In this document: one piece after another, positions 22,973-34,717 of the stretch | Layout: each line of letters opens with the position of its first letter | Position numbering within the stretch: the stretch's first letter is position 1 | Assembly: GCA_963845755.1 (NCBI GenBank) | Contig: CAWJTV010000020.1 | Span: 704,001 to 768,000 of the forward strand | Direction of reading: 5' to 3' | Length of the DNA stretch: 64,000 nucleotides | DNA from: an uncultured Planctomycetota bacterium | GTDB lineage: Bacteria; Planctomycetota; Planctomycetia; Isosphaerales; Isosphaeraceae | Notes under the pieces: generated by a model | The model's input: only the letters and a program-made list of their open reading frames with translations | The model's database searches: none | What the model was told of the DNA's origin: nothing | Translations under genes and position numbers: made by a program

Positions 22973-23118
22973 GTGAAGCAGTCCGCGCCCACCGCAATCG
23001 CCGACTTCGATCGAGCCTATCGTTTCCCCTTCACGTTCTGGGGCGACATTCGCATTCCCAAGGAGGTCGAAGCACTGTTCAGTTGGAACCTGCGGGCAGC
23101 GTCCTGGAACTGGGATGT
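22973..23118 (+). pseudogene. Truncated class I SAM methyltransferase N-terminus
   Basis: GGAG RBS, GTG start; with a one-base correction reads ..PWGDIRIPKE-like segment then GSVLELGC and stops at the convergent gene. Confidence 0.4.
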
Positions 23119-24236
23119 CTTACTGCCGGTGGCGGTAGCTCGACGTTCCGATCCGCTGGAGCCGTGTAGATGCCTGGCTTGCCATCGATCGTGTAGACGA
23201 TAATCAAGGTCTTCTTGACCCCGAAGTCGGCGTCGGGTTGGAAGTCGTATTCGGGGGAGGCGACCTTCAGTCGGTTCTCACGGACGAGGTTCCGGGCTGG
23301 CACCGTGATGTCGTTCCATTGATCGCCTACGCCGATCTCTGCGCGGATAATGTGAAATCCCCGAGGGTCGCTGGTCTCGGAGTCACCGAGATTGGCGCGG
23401 TCGGCCTCTGCAACGATTTCCTGGCGCCTGGCGGCGTCCTTCTTCGAGATCGCCTTGCTCGCTCTGTCAAGTTCTTCGAGATACTTGCGACGAGTCATTT
23501 TAATGTCGTTGTCGTAACGCTCGTTCAGCTTTTTGAGGGAAGCCTGGAACGTGCCCCGCGCCGCCTGCAACGCAGGGGTGTGCGGTGGTTCGGCCGTCTC
23601 GAGTGGTTCGATCCGGACTCTGACAAAGATCGGCCAGCGGTGGTCCGACTTGAAGTCAAACCACACGACATACTCCTTCCCCGCCTGAAGCTTGCGGCCA
23701 TAGAGTCGATAATGCGTCCAGAGATTCGGCTGCGGAAGGTCGAGGCCGGGGATCGTGACGTTCATCTTGTCTGAGGGATAGGTAAACATCATATCTTCGC
23801 CGTTGACTTCCACGATACCGAGCGCTCGGAACGGCTGATCCTCGAAGCTTTCGCCTGAAACAGCGAACGACCAGAACAGTTGATACGTTCGACCCGCCGA
23901 AGGAACGCGAAAACGGAACGCGTCGAAGCCGCCGCCACGGGCATTCATCGTCACTTTCGCGTATCGTGCCTTGCCGCCGACCATCGCCGGGATCTCGGCG
24001 AATGACGCACGATACTGGGAGACCAGCGCCTTGAACTCCTGTTCCGCCGCGACCCTGGTCGACTGATCCTGAAGGTTGCTGATCCGTAAGCGGAATTCAT
24101 GGGCTTTGGCAAGGGCCGCTCTCACCTCGCGAGGGCCGCGATTGCTCTGTTTTTTCGGGACCTGGCCCACGCTATTCGAGGCGAACACCAGAGAGGCCGT
24201 CGTCACCAGGGCGAGCGTCTTGTGAGTTACCGACAT
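23079..24236 (-). CDS. Secreted hypothetical protein with C-terminal DUF3395/SUEL-lectin-like domain
   Basis: Signal peptide; FHIIRAEIG..DITV..DFGVKKTLIIVY; paralogous to next gene. Confidence 0.65.
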   Translation of the reverse strand: MSVTHKTLALVTTASLVFASNSVGQVPKKQSNRGPREVRAALAKAHEFRLRISNLQDQSTRVAAEQEFKALVSQYRASFAEIPAMVGGKARYAKVTMNARGGGFDAFRFRVPSAGRTYQLFWSFAVSGESFEDQPFRALGIVEVNGEDMMFTYPSDKMNVTIPGLDLPQPNLWTHYRLYGRKLQAGKEYVVWFDFKSDHRWPIFVRVRIEPLETAEPPHTPALQAARGTFQASLKKLNERYDNDIKMTRRKYLEELDRASKAISKKDAARRQEIVAEADRANLGDSETSDPRGFHIIRAEIGVGDQWNDITVPARNLVRENRLKVASPEYDFQPDADFGVKKTLIIVYTIDGKPGIYTAPADRNVELPPPAVRHPSSRTLPAGSN

Positions 24237-24249
24237 GTCTTCGCCCCTT

Positions 24250-25407
24250 TCAAGGTTGGTAAGAGTCGACGGGGGGAATCCGGTCCAGGATTGGGGCCGT
24301 GGGAGGCAACTCGACCCGTTGCTTGTCGGCGGTGATCGAAACGCCCGTGTTGCCATTGAGCGAATAAACGATGATCAAACGCTTGACAACGCCATAAGCA
24401 GGATCGTTCTTGAAGTTGACGTCGGTGCCCAGGCCAAACCTCAAGACATCACCCCGGACCAGCGGCCGGAGTTCGTCGGTAACGTCGTCCCAGCGCTCGT
24501 CGATACCATAACGCGCGCTGAGAATTTGAAATCCACGGCGGTCGGGAACACCGGGGTCGTCGCGAACGATTTCGTCGGCCTCGGCCGCAATCCGATCAGC
24601 TTCTGGTCGATCCTCCCGCTGGGCTGCCGTTCCCGCCTTTTCGAGTTCGGCGAGCTAGACCTTGCGCAGTCCCTTCAGTTCGGTGTCGTACTTCTGGTTG
24701 AGCGACCGAAGCGTGGTCTAATATCTGTCCTGGGCTCTTGGGAGCCCCGCCATCCGCTGCGAGGCCGTCGCTCCGGCGGGGGTCAACGCGAGCTTCACGA
24801 GGGCCGGTGTGACCTGATCATTCTTGAGGTCGATCCAGACGATGTATTCCGAATCCGGCCGAAGCGGCCCACTCATATGCGAGCTGGCGCAGTAGTTCTC
24901 CTCGGGGAAGCCACTGCTTGGGAGATAGAAATCGTCGCGGCGATTAAAGCCGTTGACGACGGGTGCGGGTCCGTCGACGCCCACAAGATCCCAACTCTTC
25001 AGGTTCCTGGTCTGATCGTTACCCGGGACGACGATTTCCAAACAAAGCGTGTACGTCTCGCCTGTCGCCGGCGTCCGGAATCTGACCGCGTCGAATCCCG
25101 CTCCGGTCGAGTTGAGGACGACTCGGACAAACCGAACCTGATCCCCACGGCCCGCAGGAATCTCCTGGAGTCCCCGTCGTGCCGCGCGGACGATCGGTCC
25201 CAGGGCCGCATCCAGGGTTGCTTTCGCCGTCTCGTCCTTGGTCTGCCACCATTTCGCACGATTTTCGTGGCCCTGCGCGAGGATCTTACGCATCTGATCC
25301 CGATGCGCCTGGAGCTGTTGCAACGGATTCGAATAGGTCACGCCGGATACCAGGACCAGGAATAACGTTGTCGCCGCAAGTGTCAAGGAGCAGGCGCGAG
25401 GTGTCAT
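24250..25407 (-). CDS. Paralogous secreted hypothetical protein (frameshifted)
   Basis: Shares GFDAxRFR, EYxVWxDxK, DPxxGVxKxLIIVY, VELPP with 23079..24236. Confidence 0.6.
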
Positions 25408-25832
25408 GGGACTCCTCTCCGGCTAGGTTTTGCTCGGTTTCGTCTCACAAGGTTCAATCGCTCAAGTCTTGACCATTTGCAGGATAGCAAGAGCCACGAG
25501 TAGCTCGCAAATCGCGGCACATCTCGCTCTCGGGTCGTGGAAGGAGCTCCACGATCCCAAGATCCCCTCCGATCTCGCAGCAAAAGACAGGCCAACCAAG
25601 GTGGTGCGCGGGGCCGCTTATCATTCACGGGCGCGGGACTTTATGGCTGCCGGCAGGTCCTGTGACCCACGAGAAACGGAGAGATCGGCGCACGGCCGGC
25701 GTCGCGATCGGGCACTAATCGGTCCGGCCCTCTCTCGTGATGGGTCGGCTCTGGCGGGGGTTGGGTAATCTGGTAGGATGATTGGCCGTTGACAGGTGTC
25801 AGATGGGCCGATCGGATCAGGGTGGGACGGCG

Positions 25833-26543
25833 ATGGGATCGGATTGCGAGGGAGGGGATGGGGTGGCGATCCGGGCAGTCGAGGTACGGAAGGTGTACGG
25901 GACGAAGGACGCCCAGGTCGAGGCTCTGCGGGGGATCTCGATCGAGATCGCGGGCGGTGAGCGGGTGGCGCTGCTGGGCAAGTCGGGGTCGGGGAAGTCG
26001 ACGTTATTGAACCTGCTGGGCGGTCTCGACCGGCCCAGCTCGGGCGGACTGCGGGTCGGCGGCCGGGACCTCCACCAACTCTCGGGGCGCGAGATGGCCC
26101 GGTTCCGGTCGACGACCGTTGGCATGATCTTCCAGTCGTTCAACCTGATCGGCTCGAGGTCGGCTGTTCAGAACGTTGAACTGCCGATGGTCTTCGCGGG
26201 CCGATCGCTGCGCGAACGGCTGGCCGCGGCCCGAGGGGCGCTGGAGGCGGTCGGGCTCGGGGCGAGGCTGAATCATCGGCCGGATCAGTTGAGCGGAGGC
26301 GAGAGCCAGCGGGTCGCCATTGCGCGGGCGCTGGTCAACCGGCCTCGGGTCATTCTGGCCGACGAGCCGACAGGGAACCTTGACAGCCAGACGGCGCAGC
26401 AGGTCATGGCCCTGATCCTCGACCACGTCCGCGAGCACGCCGCCACCCTCGTGCTCGTCACCCACGACGAGGAGCTGGCCGCGAGCTGCACGGACCGGGT
26501 CATCCGGCTGGTCGACGGCCGGATTGCGGCAGCGGGCATTTGA
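25833..26543 (+). CDS. ABC transporter ATP-binding protein (LolD/MacB type)
   Basis: GKSGSGKST, LSGGESQRVAIARA, ILADEPTGNLD, VTHD. Confidence 0.93.
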   Translation: MGSDCEGGDGVAIRAVEVRKVYGTKDAQVEALRGISIEIAGGERVALLGKSGSGKSTLLNLLGGLDRPSSGGLRVGGRDLHQLSGREMARFRSTTVGMIFQSFNLIGSRSAVQNVELPMVFAGRSLRERLAAARGALEAVGLGARLNHRPDQLSGGESQRVAIARALVNRPRVILADEPTGNLDSQTAQQVMALILDHVREHAATLVLVTHDEELAASCTDRVIRLVDGRIAAAGI

Positions 26544-26568
26544 TCGGCAGTGGATGGAGGATCGCCTC

Positions 26569-28114
26569 GTGCGTTGGTTCGACTTGCTCCGATTGCCCCT
26601 GGCCTCGCTGGGCCAGCAGAAGATGCGCACATGCCTGACGACCCTGGGTGTCGTCTTCGGCGCGTTTGTACTCGCCGCGAGCCTGTCGATCGACGAGGGG
26701 GTCCAGCAGACGATCGAACGCGAGGCGAACAAGGGAGACGCCTTACGGAAGGTGTCGGTCTCTCCGGGGTGGCGGGCAGTCGAGACCGCGGCGGCGGACG
26801 ACGTGAAGGTTGCCGGGCGGATGTCGCCGGATCGCCGCGAGCGAATCCGCAAGGTCCTCGCCGAGCGTGCCAGGCCGAGTCGTTCCCGCCGGGAGTCGGT
26901 CCCCCTGACCCAGGACCGGCTGGAAACGCTTTCGCGCATCCCTCACGTCCGGCAGATGATCCCGATCGTCGGCAGCCCGGTCGTCGCGACTCTGGGCAAC
27001 AGGCCCGAGGAGGCGAGCGTCTCGTCCGGCGCCGGCGAGGAACCGGAGTTCCGCAAGCGGGTCATCGTCGGCCGGTCGTTCGACTCGGACGACGAGAGAT
27101 CGGTATTGCTCTCGGAGATGTTCGCGTACCGGATCGGGCTGATCGACGACGCGGACCTGGACCAGGTCCTCGGCAAGCCCCTGCGGATCGAGATTCGGGG
27201 CCAGGAAGATGGGCCGAGCTTCCAAGTCGTGCTATCGGATCGGTCGAAAGCCAGCGGCAGCCGAGAGGAGCAAGCGGCGCTGCACCAGCTCGCCTGGCAG
27301 ATCCCGGGGGCGCTCGACAGATTTAGCCTGACCGACGAGGAGAGTGCAGCCCTGCGGAAGGCGATCCGGCGAGAATCGGCGAAGGTTGACTCGGTCGTCG
27401 TCGCCGACGACTTCCGGGTCGTCGGGATCTTCCGCGAGTTGACCGACGATGAGGAGAAGGACGCCTGGAGCCAAATTCCCGCCTACACGGACCTTGTGCT
27501 GCCCCGGCGAACGGCGGTCGACCTGATGTTCCGCGACCCAGCCCGTCGCGAGGGGGGTGTCGACCGGGCGGTCCTGCTTGTCGACGAGATGAGTAACGCC
27601 AAGGAGGTCCTCAACACGGTCGAATCGCTCGGCATGGACGGCAGTTCGATCGTCGGTCGCATCGAGCGCGAGCGGCTGACTTACCTGCTCATCTTCGGCG
27701 GGATGACGTGCGTGGCCGCGGTGGCCCTGCTCGTGTCGTCGCTCGGGATCGCCAACACGATGCTGATGAGCGTCCTGGAACGGCGGAGGGAGATCGGCAT
27801 CATGAAGGCCGTCGGCGCGGCGAACTGGCAGCTCCAGGCCGTGTATGTCATCGAGGGGGGCCTGATCGGCCTGATCGGCGGGTTGCTCGGCCTGGGGCTG
27901 GCCTGGTTGATCTCGTTCCCGGGCGACGGGTGGGTTCGCTCGATGGTCCACCGCGACATGAACATTGAGCTCTCGGGCTCGATCTTCGCCTTCCCGCGCC
28001 TGGATCGGCGTGACGGTCCTCGTGTTCACCGTCGGCGTGACAATCGTCGCGGCGCTTTATCCCTCCCGGCGCGCGGCGATGCTTGACCCTGTCTCGGCGC
28101 TCCGGCACGACTGA
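26569..28114 (+). CDS. ABC transporter permease (MacB/FtsX family); frameshift near 28000
   Basis: RTCLTTLGVVFG, GIANTMLMSVLERRREIGIMKAVGA, ends ..YPSRRAAMLDPVSALRHD in shifted frame. Confidence 0.9.
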
Positions 28115-28187
28115 TCGGCCCGACCGGGCCCGGCACGTCACGGTACCCGTTCTCGAGTCGAGGGTGAGAAGCGTAGAGAATTACGTC

Positions 28188-28298
28188 GAGCCGCGAGCGT
28201 GCTCTGAAGGTGCGTCGGTCGATCGGACCGAATCCGGTTAGAACCCTGCGACGGCACCACCGGTGACGAGCGCAGGTTCAAGTCCGCGACGCGGCTCC
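28188..28298 (+). ncRNA. Possible tRNA-like ncRNA / pseudo-tRNA
   Basis: GAGCCGCG...CGCGGCTC terminal stem and T-arm CGC(A)GG-TTCAAGT-CCGCG; no canonical D or anticodon arm. Confidence 0.4.
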
Positions 28299-28535
28299 GT
28301 TTGGGCTCGGCGTTGGTCTGGCACCCGGACACGGATCCTGGGCGAGGCCGAATCTCGGCCCAAACGAAACCTTACCGCTGTCGGGCGGGACGTGGGAGGT
28401 GGTCAAATCGACATGCGTCCCCGTTCCCGTTCCCGGCGGAGCCGCCGTGCGCCTCCCGGGCGCTTGCGGCGGCGGTGGGGCAACTGACATTCCCGCCCGT
28501 GACCGTCGGGGATATAATGCCGCTGGAGGTGCCTT

Positions 28536-28784
28536 ATGCTTTCTCACGAAGCCTTGGCCCTGTTTCGCCAGCACATCGAGCGTCACGGGGATATTGAGGT
28601 GGATGATTCCAACCGCGAAACGTACCGCGAGCTGGCCCGCGCCGGGCTGATGGTCGTCGGCAATAGCTTCGCCCGAGGTGAAGAACGCGCGTATCACGTG
28701 ACCAAGACCGGCTTCGAGCGGAAGGCCGAGCTGCTGGCCGCTACCGCGCCCTCGCCCGGTTCAGCCGCCGCGCCTCGTCGCTGA
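28536..28784 (+). CDS. Small hypothetical protein
   Basis: TATAAT and GGAGG upstream; AYRELARAG-like helix segment. Confidence 0.55.
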   Translation: MLSHEALALFRQHIERHGDIEVDDSNRETYRELARAGLMVVGNSFARGEERAYHVTKTGFERKAELLAATAPSPGSAAAPRR

Positions 28785-29113
28785 TCGGCAGTTCCTTCTT
28801 CGCGGCGTTCTTGATCGCCTCGGCGTGCTCACCGCCCGCGCGGATGTCATCATACTCAGGCGCGATGATCGCATCGACGCGGTCCTTCAGCTTCATCTTG
28901 GGCCCGATGCGTCCGCCCTTCTGACCCTTCAGCAGCTCAGGATTCCTCCGAGGGCTGACCTGGCCTACGACGGCGATGAGCGCTTGGCCGTCTACAGTGA
29001 CCGTGAACTCGGAGCGTGGTTGTATCCACGTGGCTTGACCGGAATCCCGGTGCACGGGACAATAACACTTGGACAGTTGGGTCGTGACCCCGCCCCTCTC
29101 GGAGGAGTCTGCG

Positions 29114-29791
29114 ATGGACGGCGTCCAAGCGGTTGATCTGATCGCTTCCTGGCGGAGAATCCTCATCGAGGGGAAAGCCGAGCAGGTCACCTCGATGCTC
29201 GAAGACCTGGAGGAGAGGCTCAAGAGTAAGGGATTCGAACGCGATGCGGAAGCGGAAAAGAAAATGAACTGGCACTCCTACCAGAGGAACAGGGTGCTTT
29301 GCTTCGCGGGCGGCCCCAAGGGAGGCCCACGCCTTCTGCTCTGCCTGAATCGCGCGACAGATCGCAGGGTCCGCGGGGGGACGTACGAACTGATCGACGG
29401 CTCTTCCGATGCCGGTCCTGTCGAGGTGGCCGCGGTGGTCGACGACGTTATCAGGAACGTGATCGTCCCGTCCACACAAAGCTTCGGCCTCAAGGTGACG
29501 CGCCCGCGTCTCGGTCCCAACAGCCTCGTGCAGCCCAGGACGATGGCAGCTCTTCTTGCCTTCAGCGACGTTGCGACCGGTGGAGGACTCCCGCTCTCTG
29601 AGACATCGGAAGCCGCTTGGCGGAAGTTCCTTATCACCGCGTCCCAGGAAGACGTTGCTTTCGACAAGGAGGAACTGCGGGACTGGTTCCTCGATAATGG
29701 CCGGGAGTCCGAGGACGCTAGCATTCTGACAGAGCGGTTCGTCCGGGAGGCAAGTCTGCTCGCCGAATACTCCGAGGCCGGTGGGAACTGA
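29114..29791 (+). CDS. Hypothetical protein
   Basis: GGAGGAG RBS, globular-looking 225-aa ORF. Confidence 0.6.
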   Translation: MDGVQAVDLIASWRRILIEGKAEQVTSMLEDLEERLKSKGFERDAEAEKKMNWHSYQRNRVLCFAGGPKGGPRLLLCLNRATDRRVRGGTYELIDGSSDAGPVEVAAVVDDVIRNVIVPSTQSFGLKVTRPRLGPNSLVQPRTMAALLAFSDVATGGGLPLSETSEAAWRKFLITASQEDVAFDKEELRDWFLDNGRESEDASILTERFVREASLLAEYSEAGGN

Positions 29792-29999
29792 CCGGCATGC
29801 CCGATGTCGCCGCGGCTGCCGCCCATATCAAGCGGGCGGTCGCTCCCGTCGTCTTTCCGATGACCCCAAACGGTTCCCGAACCCTTTCCGATTCGGACCC
29901 GCCGATTCACCCTTCTTCTCCCGGCGCGATGCTCATATTATGGAGAGAGGAGGAGCCAGATCGATTCGAACCGCGCGGTCCGAGACGAGGAATGACCCG

Positions 30000-30212
30000 A
30001 TGAGCGCCATCCCGAAATCGCCGACCATTCCACCTGAGCTCAGGGCGGAGTTGCAGGAACGCGCCGAGCTTGCCGCCCGCGGCCTCATCGATCCGGAAAC
30101 ACGGCGGATCGCTCGTGAGCGTCTGGACCGGATGCGCGAAGAATTCCGCCGCAGGCACGGCGAGGTAAATTTGGCCGTCGAGCTCATCCGCGAAGTCCGG
30201 GACGGCGCATGA
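30000..30212 (+). CDS. Putative VapB-like antitoxin
   Basis: Ends AVELIREVRD; ATGA overlap with PIN gene. Confidence 0.65.
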   Translation: MSAIPKSPTIPPELRAELQERAELAARGLIDPETRRIARERLDRMREEFRRRHGEVNLAVELIREVRDGA

Positions 30213-30445
30213 AATACGTGCTGGATTCCTGCGTGGCGGTCAAATGGTTCCTCGCCGAGCCCGATTCGGCGAAGGCCATCCGGGTCCTGGATGAGTACAA
30301 CCGCCAGATCCATGAGCTCCTGGCTCCGGACGTCTTCCCGATCGAGGTCGCACATGCGCTGTCGCGCGCGGAGCGGCGCGGCCTGATCACACCGCCCGCC
30401 GGTTCGCAGCACCTATCGGACCTCCTCGCCTCGCTCGGGCGCTGA
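30209..30445 (+). pseudogene. vapC: Truncated VapC/PIN toxin
   Basis: MKYVLDSCVAVKWF..APDVFPIEVAHAL; only 78 aa, lacks C-terminal acidic residues. Confidence 0.7.
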
Positions 30446-30827
30446 CACCGACGTTTCCCTTCATCACGTTGCTCGACTCGATCTGATCGCGAATCGAGCG
30501 CGGGCCCGGCTTCCCGTGGGAGCCGGTAGGCGGCCGCCGTCGCGCAGGCGAACGGCCTGGACAGGAGGCCCGCCCATCATCACACGGGTCCAGGTCCGAT
30601 GGCTCCCGCCGGCAGAGCGCCCGCGGCGAGCCCGGGGGCAACGATCCGCCAGAGGTGGTTCCGGGCCCCCGAGCCACTTCGGACCCGGAGAGGCGATGCC
30701 GGCCCCGGCCACCGCCCGACTCGGCCCGGACCGGCCGCGGTCGGGCGATGCGAGCGGGTCGGATCGGCGGCGGACGGCCGGAGTACGGGCCCCGGATCGG
30801 ATGCGGGTCCCTGCATCGCCGAAATCA

Positions 30828-30871
30828 TGAAGCGACACCAATTTCGGCCTGAAGCGACACCAATTTCGGCC
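30828..30871. repeat. 22-bp direct tandem repeat at the edge of an AT-richer segment
   Basis: TGAAGCGACACCAATTTCGGCC x2. Confidence 0.85.
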
Positions 30872-31088
30872 CTAACTTACACAGGGCGTTTTTTTTCCTC
30901 ACGCTTGTTTTGGGTCTAGGGCGTAGAAAATCCCTTTTGTTACCCGCTACTCCCTTGCGGCGTCCTTGGATGCCACTCATCATATTTGGCTAAACACCTT
31001 CAGACCTATTGGGCAACTCAACAATATCTGGATCTGGAAAACCGAATTCCATGAGACGGACGGGGTTGAGCTAAGTGGAATTATTAGT

Positions 31089-31867
<779 letters not shown>

Positions 31868-31952
31868 GAAATCCAGCCTCTTTTCAAGGGGTTCGCGTCA
31901 TTTTTTCCAATGGCTCTGGGAAATCTACATGCTCGAGGCTCAGTAGACTGGC

Positions 31953-32462
31953 ATGACCGCAACCGAATTGGCGTTTCTTGGTCTGCTTGCGGCGTGGTGG
32001 GGTCTTTCACTCATGGCGCAGTGGAAGACCCCGTGGATGTCCGCAATTCGATCAAAGGATTTTCTGCATCTGATTCCGAATTATCACTTCTTTGCACCGG
32101 CCCCTGGGCGTCGTGATTACCATCTCGAATATCGCGTGAAGACGCCGCCCCGTAAACTCACCCGCTGGGTGCGGCTACAAGTGGTTCCGACTCGTAAGCC
32201 CTGGTGCGTCGTCTGGAACCCGCATAAGCGATTACGAAAGGCATTTAACACCTCGATCAGGAGAATCAAGCGATTGTCGTATGAGCGTGGGTATGACGTG
32301 GCTGCAAAAAGTCTAGCATATTTGCATATACTTAATTTTCTAGAAAATAATCTAAAAAACTATAAGAATTGTGAAATACAATTTAGAATAACTTCTCGTA
32401 GAGACTACGATGATAATTCGAGTACGTGGCTGGTCTTTACGTCATCGTGGCATGTTCAGTAA
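31953..32462 (+). CDS. SdpA/DUF5819-like protein
   Basis: N-terminal TM, LIPNYHFFAPAP, WNPHKRLRKA. Confidence 0.6.
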   Translation: MTATELAFLGLLAAWWGLSLMAQWKTPWMSAIRSKDFLHLIPNYHFFAPAPGRRDYHLEYRVKTPPRKLTRWVRLQVVPTRKPWCVVWNPHKRLRKAFNTSIRRIKRLSYERGYDVAAKSLAYLHILNFLENNLKNYKNCEIQFRITSRRDYDDNSSTWLVFTSSWHVQ

Positions 32463-32480
32463 ACCCTCGATCTATTGACA

Positions 32481-33365
32481 ATGGACCTAAGAGCCACGGA
32501 TTCTCTGCACGTTGTAGAAGTGATAACCGCAGCTGGGGCTGCGATTTCGTCGCTCGAACTATTTTGTATTCCAAAAGCATTAAAAGATGATGGATTATTG
32601 TCGTGGCGTGTGCAGAGGCTTAGGCACGCCACGGTAATGTCTTTATGCCAGAACCTATGCCTCGATGCTTTGCTTCGCTTTCCCGGGGTCTTGATGTTGA
32701 TCGGCTTGCGGCTTCTCAGCGTGGCACTTCTCTTTTCTTGTGTGGTTAGTGGCATTTCTACGTGTGCTGCTCTCGTGATGCTTGTATTCATCAATTTTTT
32801 AATAACCATAAGAAACTCAAATAGCAACGATGGTTCTGATCAAATGGCCTCTATAATAATACTGAGTTCTGCTATTGCCGAATTCATAGCGACGACGATG
32901 GCGAAGTCTGTCGCTTTGATTTTCATCGCCGCGCAAGCGTCTTTAGCGTACGGGACTTCTGGTTTCCTCAAGGCGTGTGCCGCTGGCTGGTATGATGGAT
33001 CCTTTGTGTTGGAGATCCTGGGCACATCTTCTTACGGGAACGAATTCCTGCTTCGATTGCTGCAGAGGCACAAATCCATAGTCCGTTTCTTGGGACGTGG
33101 AGTTGTTTATTGCGATTGTGCCATGAGTCTTGCGATGCTATTACCACCTCCCGTTTGCGTTATTCTTTTGATAATTGCTTTGATTTTTCATATAAGTGTT
33201 GCCTATGTTATGGGTTTAAATACATTTCTATGGTCATTTGGCGACATTTCCAGCTATTTTGTGGGTGTCGTGTTTGGTCTATTCCGCAATTTCAGTAGTA
33301 CACTCATAGGCATAGCCCGGGGGAATTTCACCCCAGGGGGGAAAAGAGGGGAAAAGGAGACATAA
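32481..33365 (+). CDS. HTTM/SdpB-like membrane protein
   Basis: NDGSDQM, YGTSGFLK..GWYDG, FHISVAYVMGLNTFLWSF. Confidence 0.7.
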   Translation: MDLRATDSLHVVEVITAAGAAISSLELFCIPKALKDDGLLSWRVQRLRHATVMSLCQNLCLDALLRFPGVLMLIGLRLLSVALLFSCVVSGISTCAALVMLVFINFLITIRNSNSNDGSDQMASIIILSSAIAEFIATTMAKSVALIFIAAQASLAYGTSGFLKACAAGWYDGSFVLEILGTSSYGNEFLLRLLQRHKSIVRFLGRGVVYCDCAMSLAMLLPPPVCVILLIIALIFHISVAYVMGLNTFLWSFGDISSYFVGVVFGLFRNFSSTLIGIARGNFTPGGKRGEKET

Positions 33366-33584
33366 CGAATATCGATAGATGCCCATGTCTACTTTCTCAG
33401 CCAGGACGTACAGGCATTCACTGAGGATGCACGCTGGCGCGAAGAATTGAAATCCGCGCGACGCGTAACTGACAAGTCCCGCATCCGCCAAAGCGTGCCG
33501 GCCAGCTTCCTTGCAGCCGATCGCGATCAGGATGTTCGAATCGATGATCAGGCAGGGTGGATCACTTGGTGGGCTCGTTGCCAT
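33366..33584 (-). pseudogene. vapC: Truncated VapC/PIN toxin
   Basis: LIIDSNILIA..FFAPACILSECLYVL; similarity ends at the junction with the HTTM gene. Confidence 0.6.
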
Positions 33585-33765
33585 ACATTCCCTCGGCACG
33601 CGCCTCGCGAATTAACTCCTGAGTCTGGCTCGGATCGGTCTCTCTGCTGTCTTTCTGTCGGTCTCGGACCTGTTTGAGGATCGCCAAGGCAACCAGGTTC
33701 GGTGCGAACCGGCCTCCTTCGGGGGTTCCGGACGATGGATCGCTCTGGGATTCAGTAGAGATCAT
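33562..33765 (-). CDS. Putative VapB-like antitoxin
   Basis: Ends QELIREAR..GMYG; overlaps PIN gene. Confidence 0.55.
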   Translation of the reverse strand: MISTESQSDPSSGTPEGGRFAPNLVALAILKQVRDRQKDSRETDPSQTQELIREARAEGMYGNEPTK

Positions 33766-33790
33766 CGGATAGCCCTCGTTCGAATGATCG

Positions 33791-34505
33791 GTAGGCGTCC
33801 GGTCCTACCAGTCGCGCCGGCCGACGGACCGCACGCGGAGCGGACCGCCATCCCATCCGATTCGTGCGCCTTTCCCGACCTCGGCGTCGGTGGTCCTCAT
33901 GCCTTCGGCCCGGCGATCGCACGACGTTCCTGCGTAAGCGTCCGATCCTCCCAGTCGGGAGCGATGGTCGAGGGGCCGTATGCCGAGCGACCGGCCCCTC
34001 CTTTCCGCCCCACGGGCGCGGAGCGGCCGGCCACCTTCTCCGATCCGCGGGCGACCTTCGACCGCGGCGGCGGTGGCCCTCACACGGTCGGCCCGGCCAT
34101 CGCGCGACGCTCCTGCCGCGCGGCCTTCTGCCGTGACTCCTTACGCCGCGCTTCGTCGAGACGGTGCTGCAGCACAGGCTCCGGGTGGCTCGCGGCCCAG
34201 CGGTCCGGCAGCAAGGACTCCAGGTCCGTCTCGCCCGCGCACAGCCGCAGCACCACGTCCCGAAGGTACGCCCACGGCTCCAGGCGATGACGCTTGGCTC
34301 CCGCCAGGATCGTGAACGTAAGCACACGGTCCTCCCAGCGGGCCGGGTACCGAGCGGCCCGCCCGCCTTTCCGCGACACGGGCACGTAGCCGCCCGTGCC
34401 CCGGTCCGAATCCTGGCGATTTCCAACCTCGGCGTCGGTGGCCCTCACCCGGTCTTTCCCGCCGCTGCTCGACGTTCCCGCCGCGTTTCCTTCTGTCGAG
34501 CCGCC
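33791..34505 (-). mobile_element. Three stacked right ends of degenerate IS66 elements
   Basis: IR-like GTAGGCGTCCGGTCC (33791), GTAAGCGTCCGATCC (33934), GTAAGCACACGGTCC (34318), each with a tnpC 3' tail. Confidence 0.75.
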
Positions 34506-34717
34506 GAGTGCGTCCGGTGAACCACATCTTCAAAGCGGTTCACGGGCGTGAGATGATGTTCGGGGCACCGTCTTGATTCTTTCACTGTGCTCGGCGCACG
34601 CGATCATCCCGCGCTCGCGCCGGGCCGAGACGAACTTGGGGCGGGACAAACCTTGAGGGGCGCGCGAATCGCCCCGCGCTCGTCCGGGGTGACGAGGAGC
34701 GCGGGGCTCGGGTGCGG

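Noticed and set aside
28741..29223. 160-aa minus-strand ORF as a full gene
   Set aside because: Overlaps better-supported plus-strand ORFs at both ends; at most a fragment
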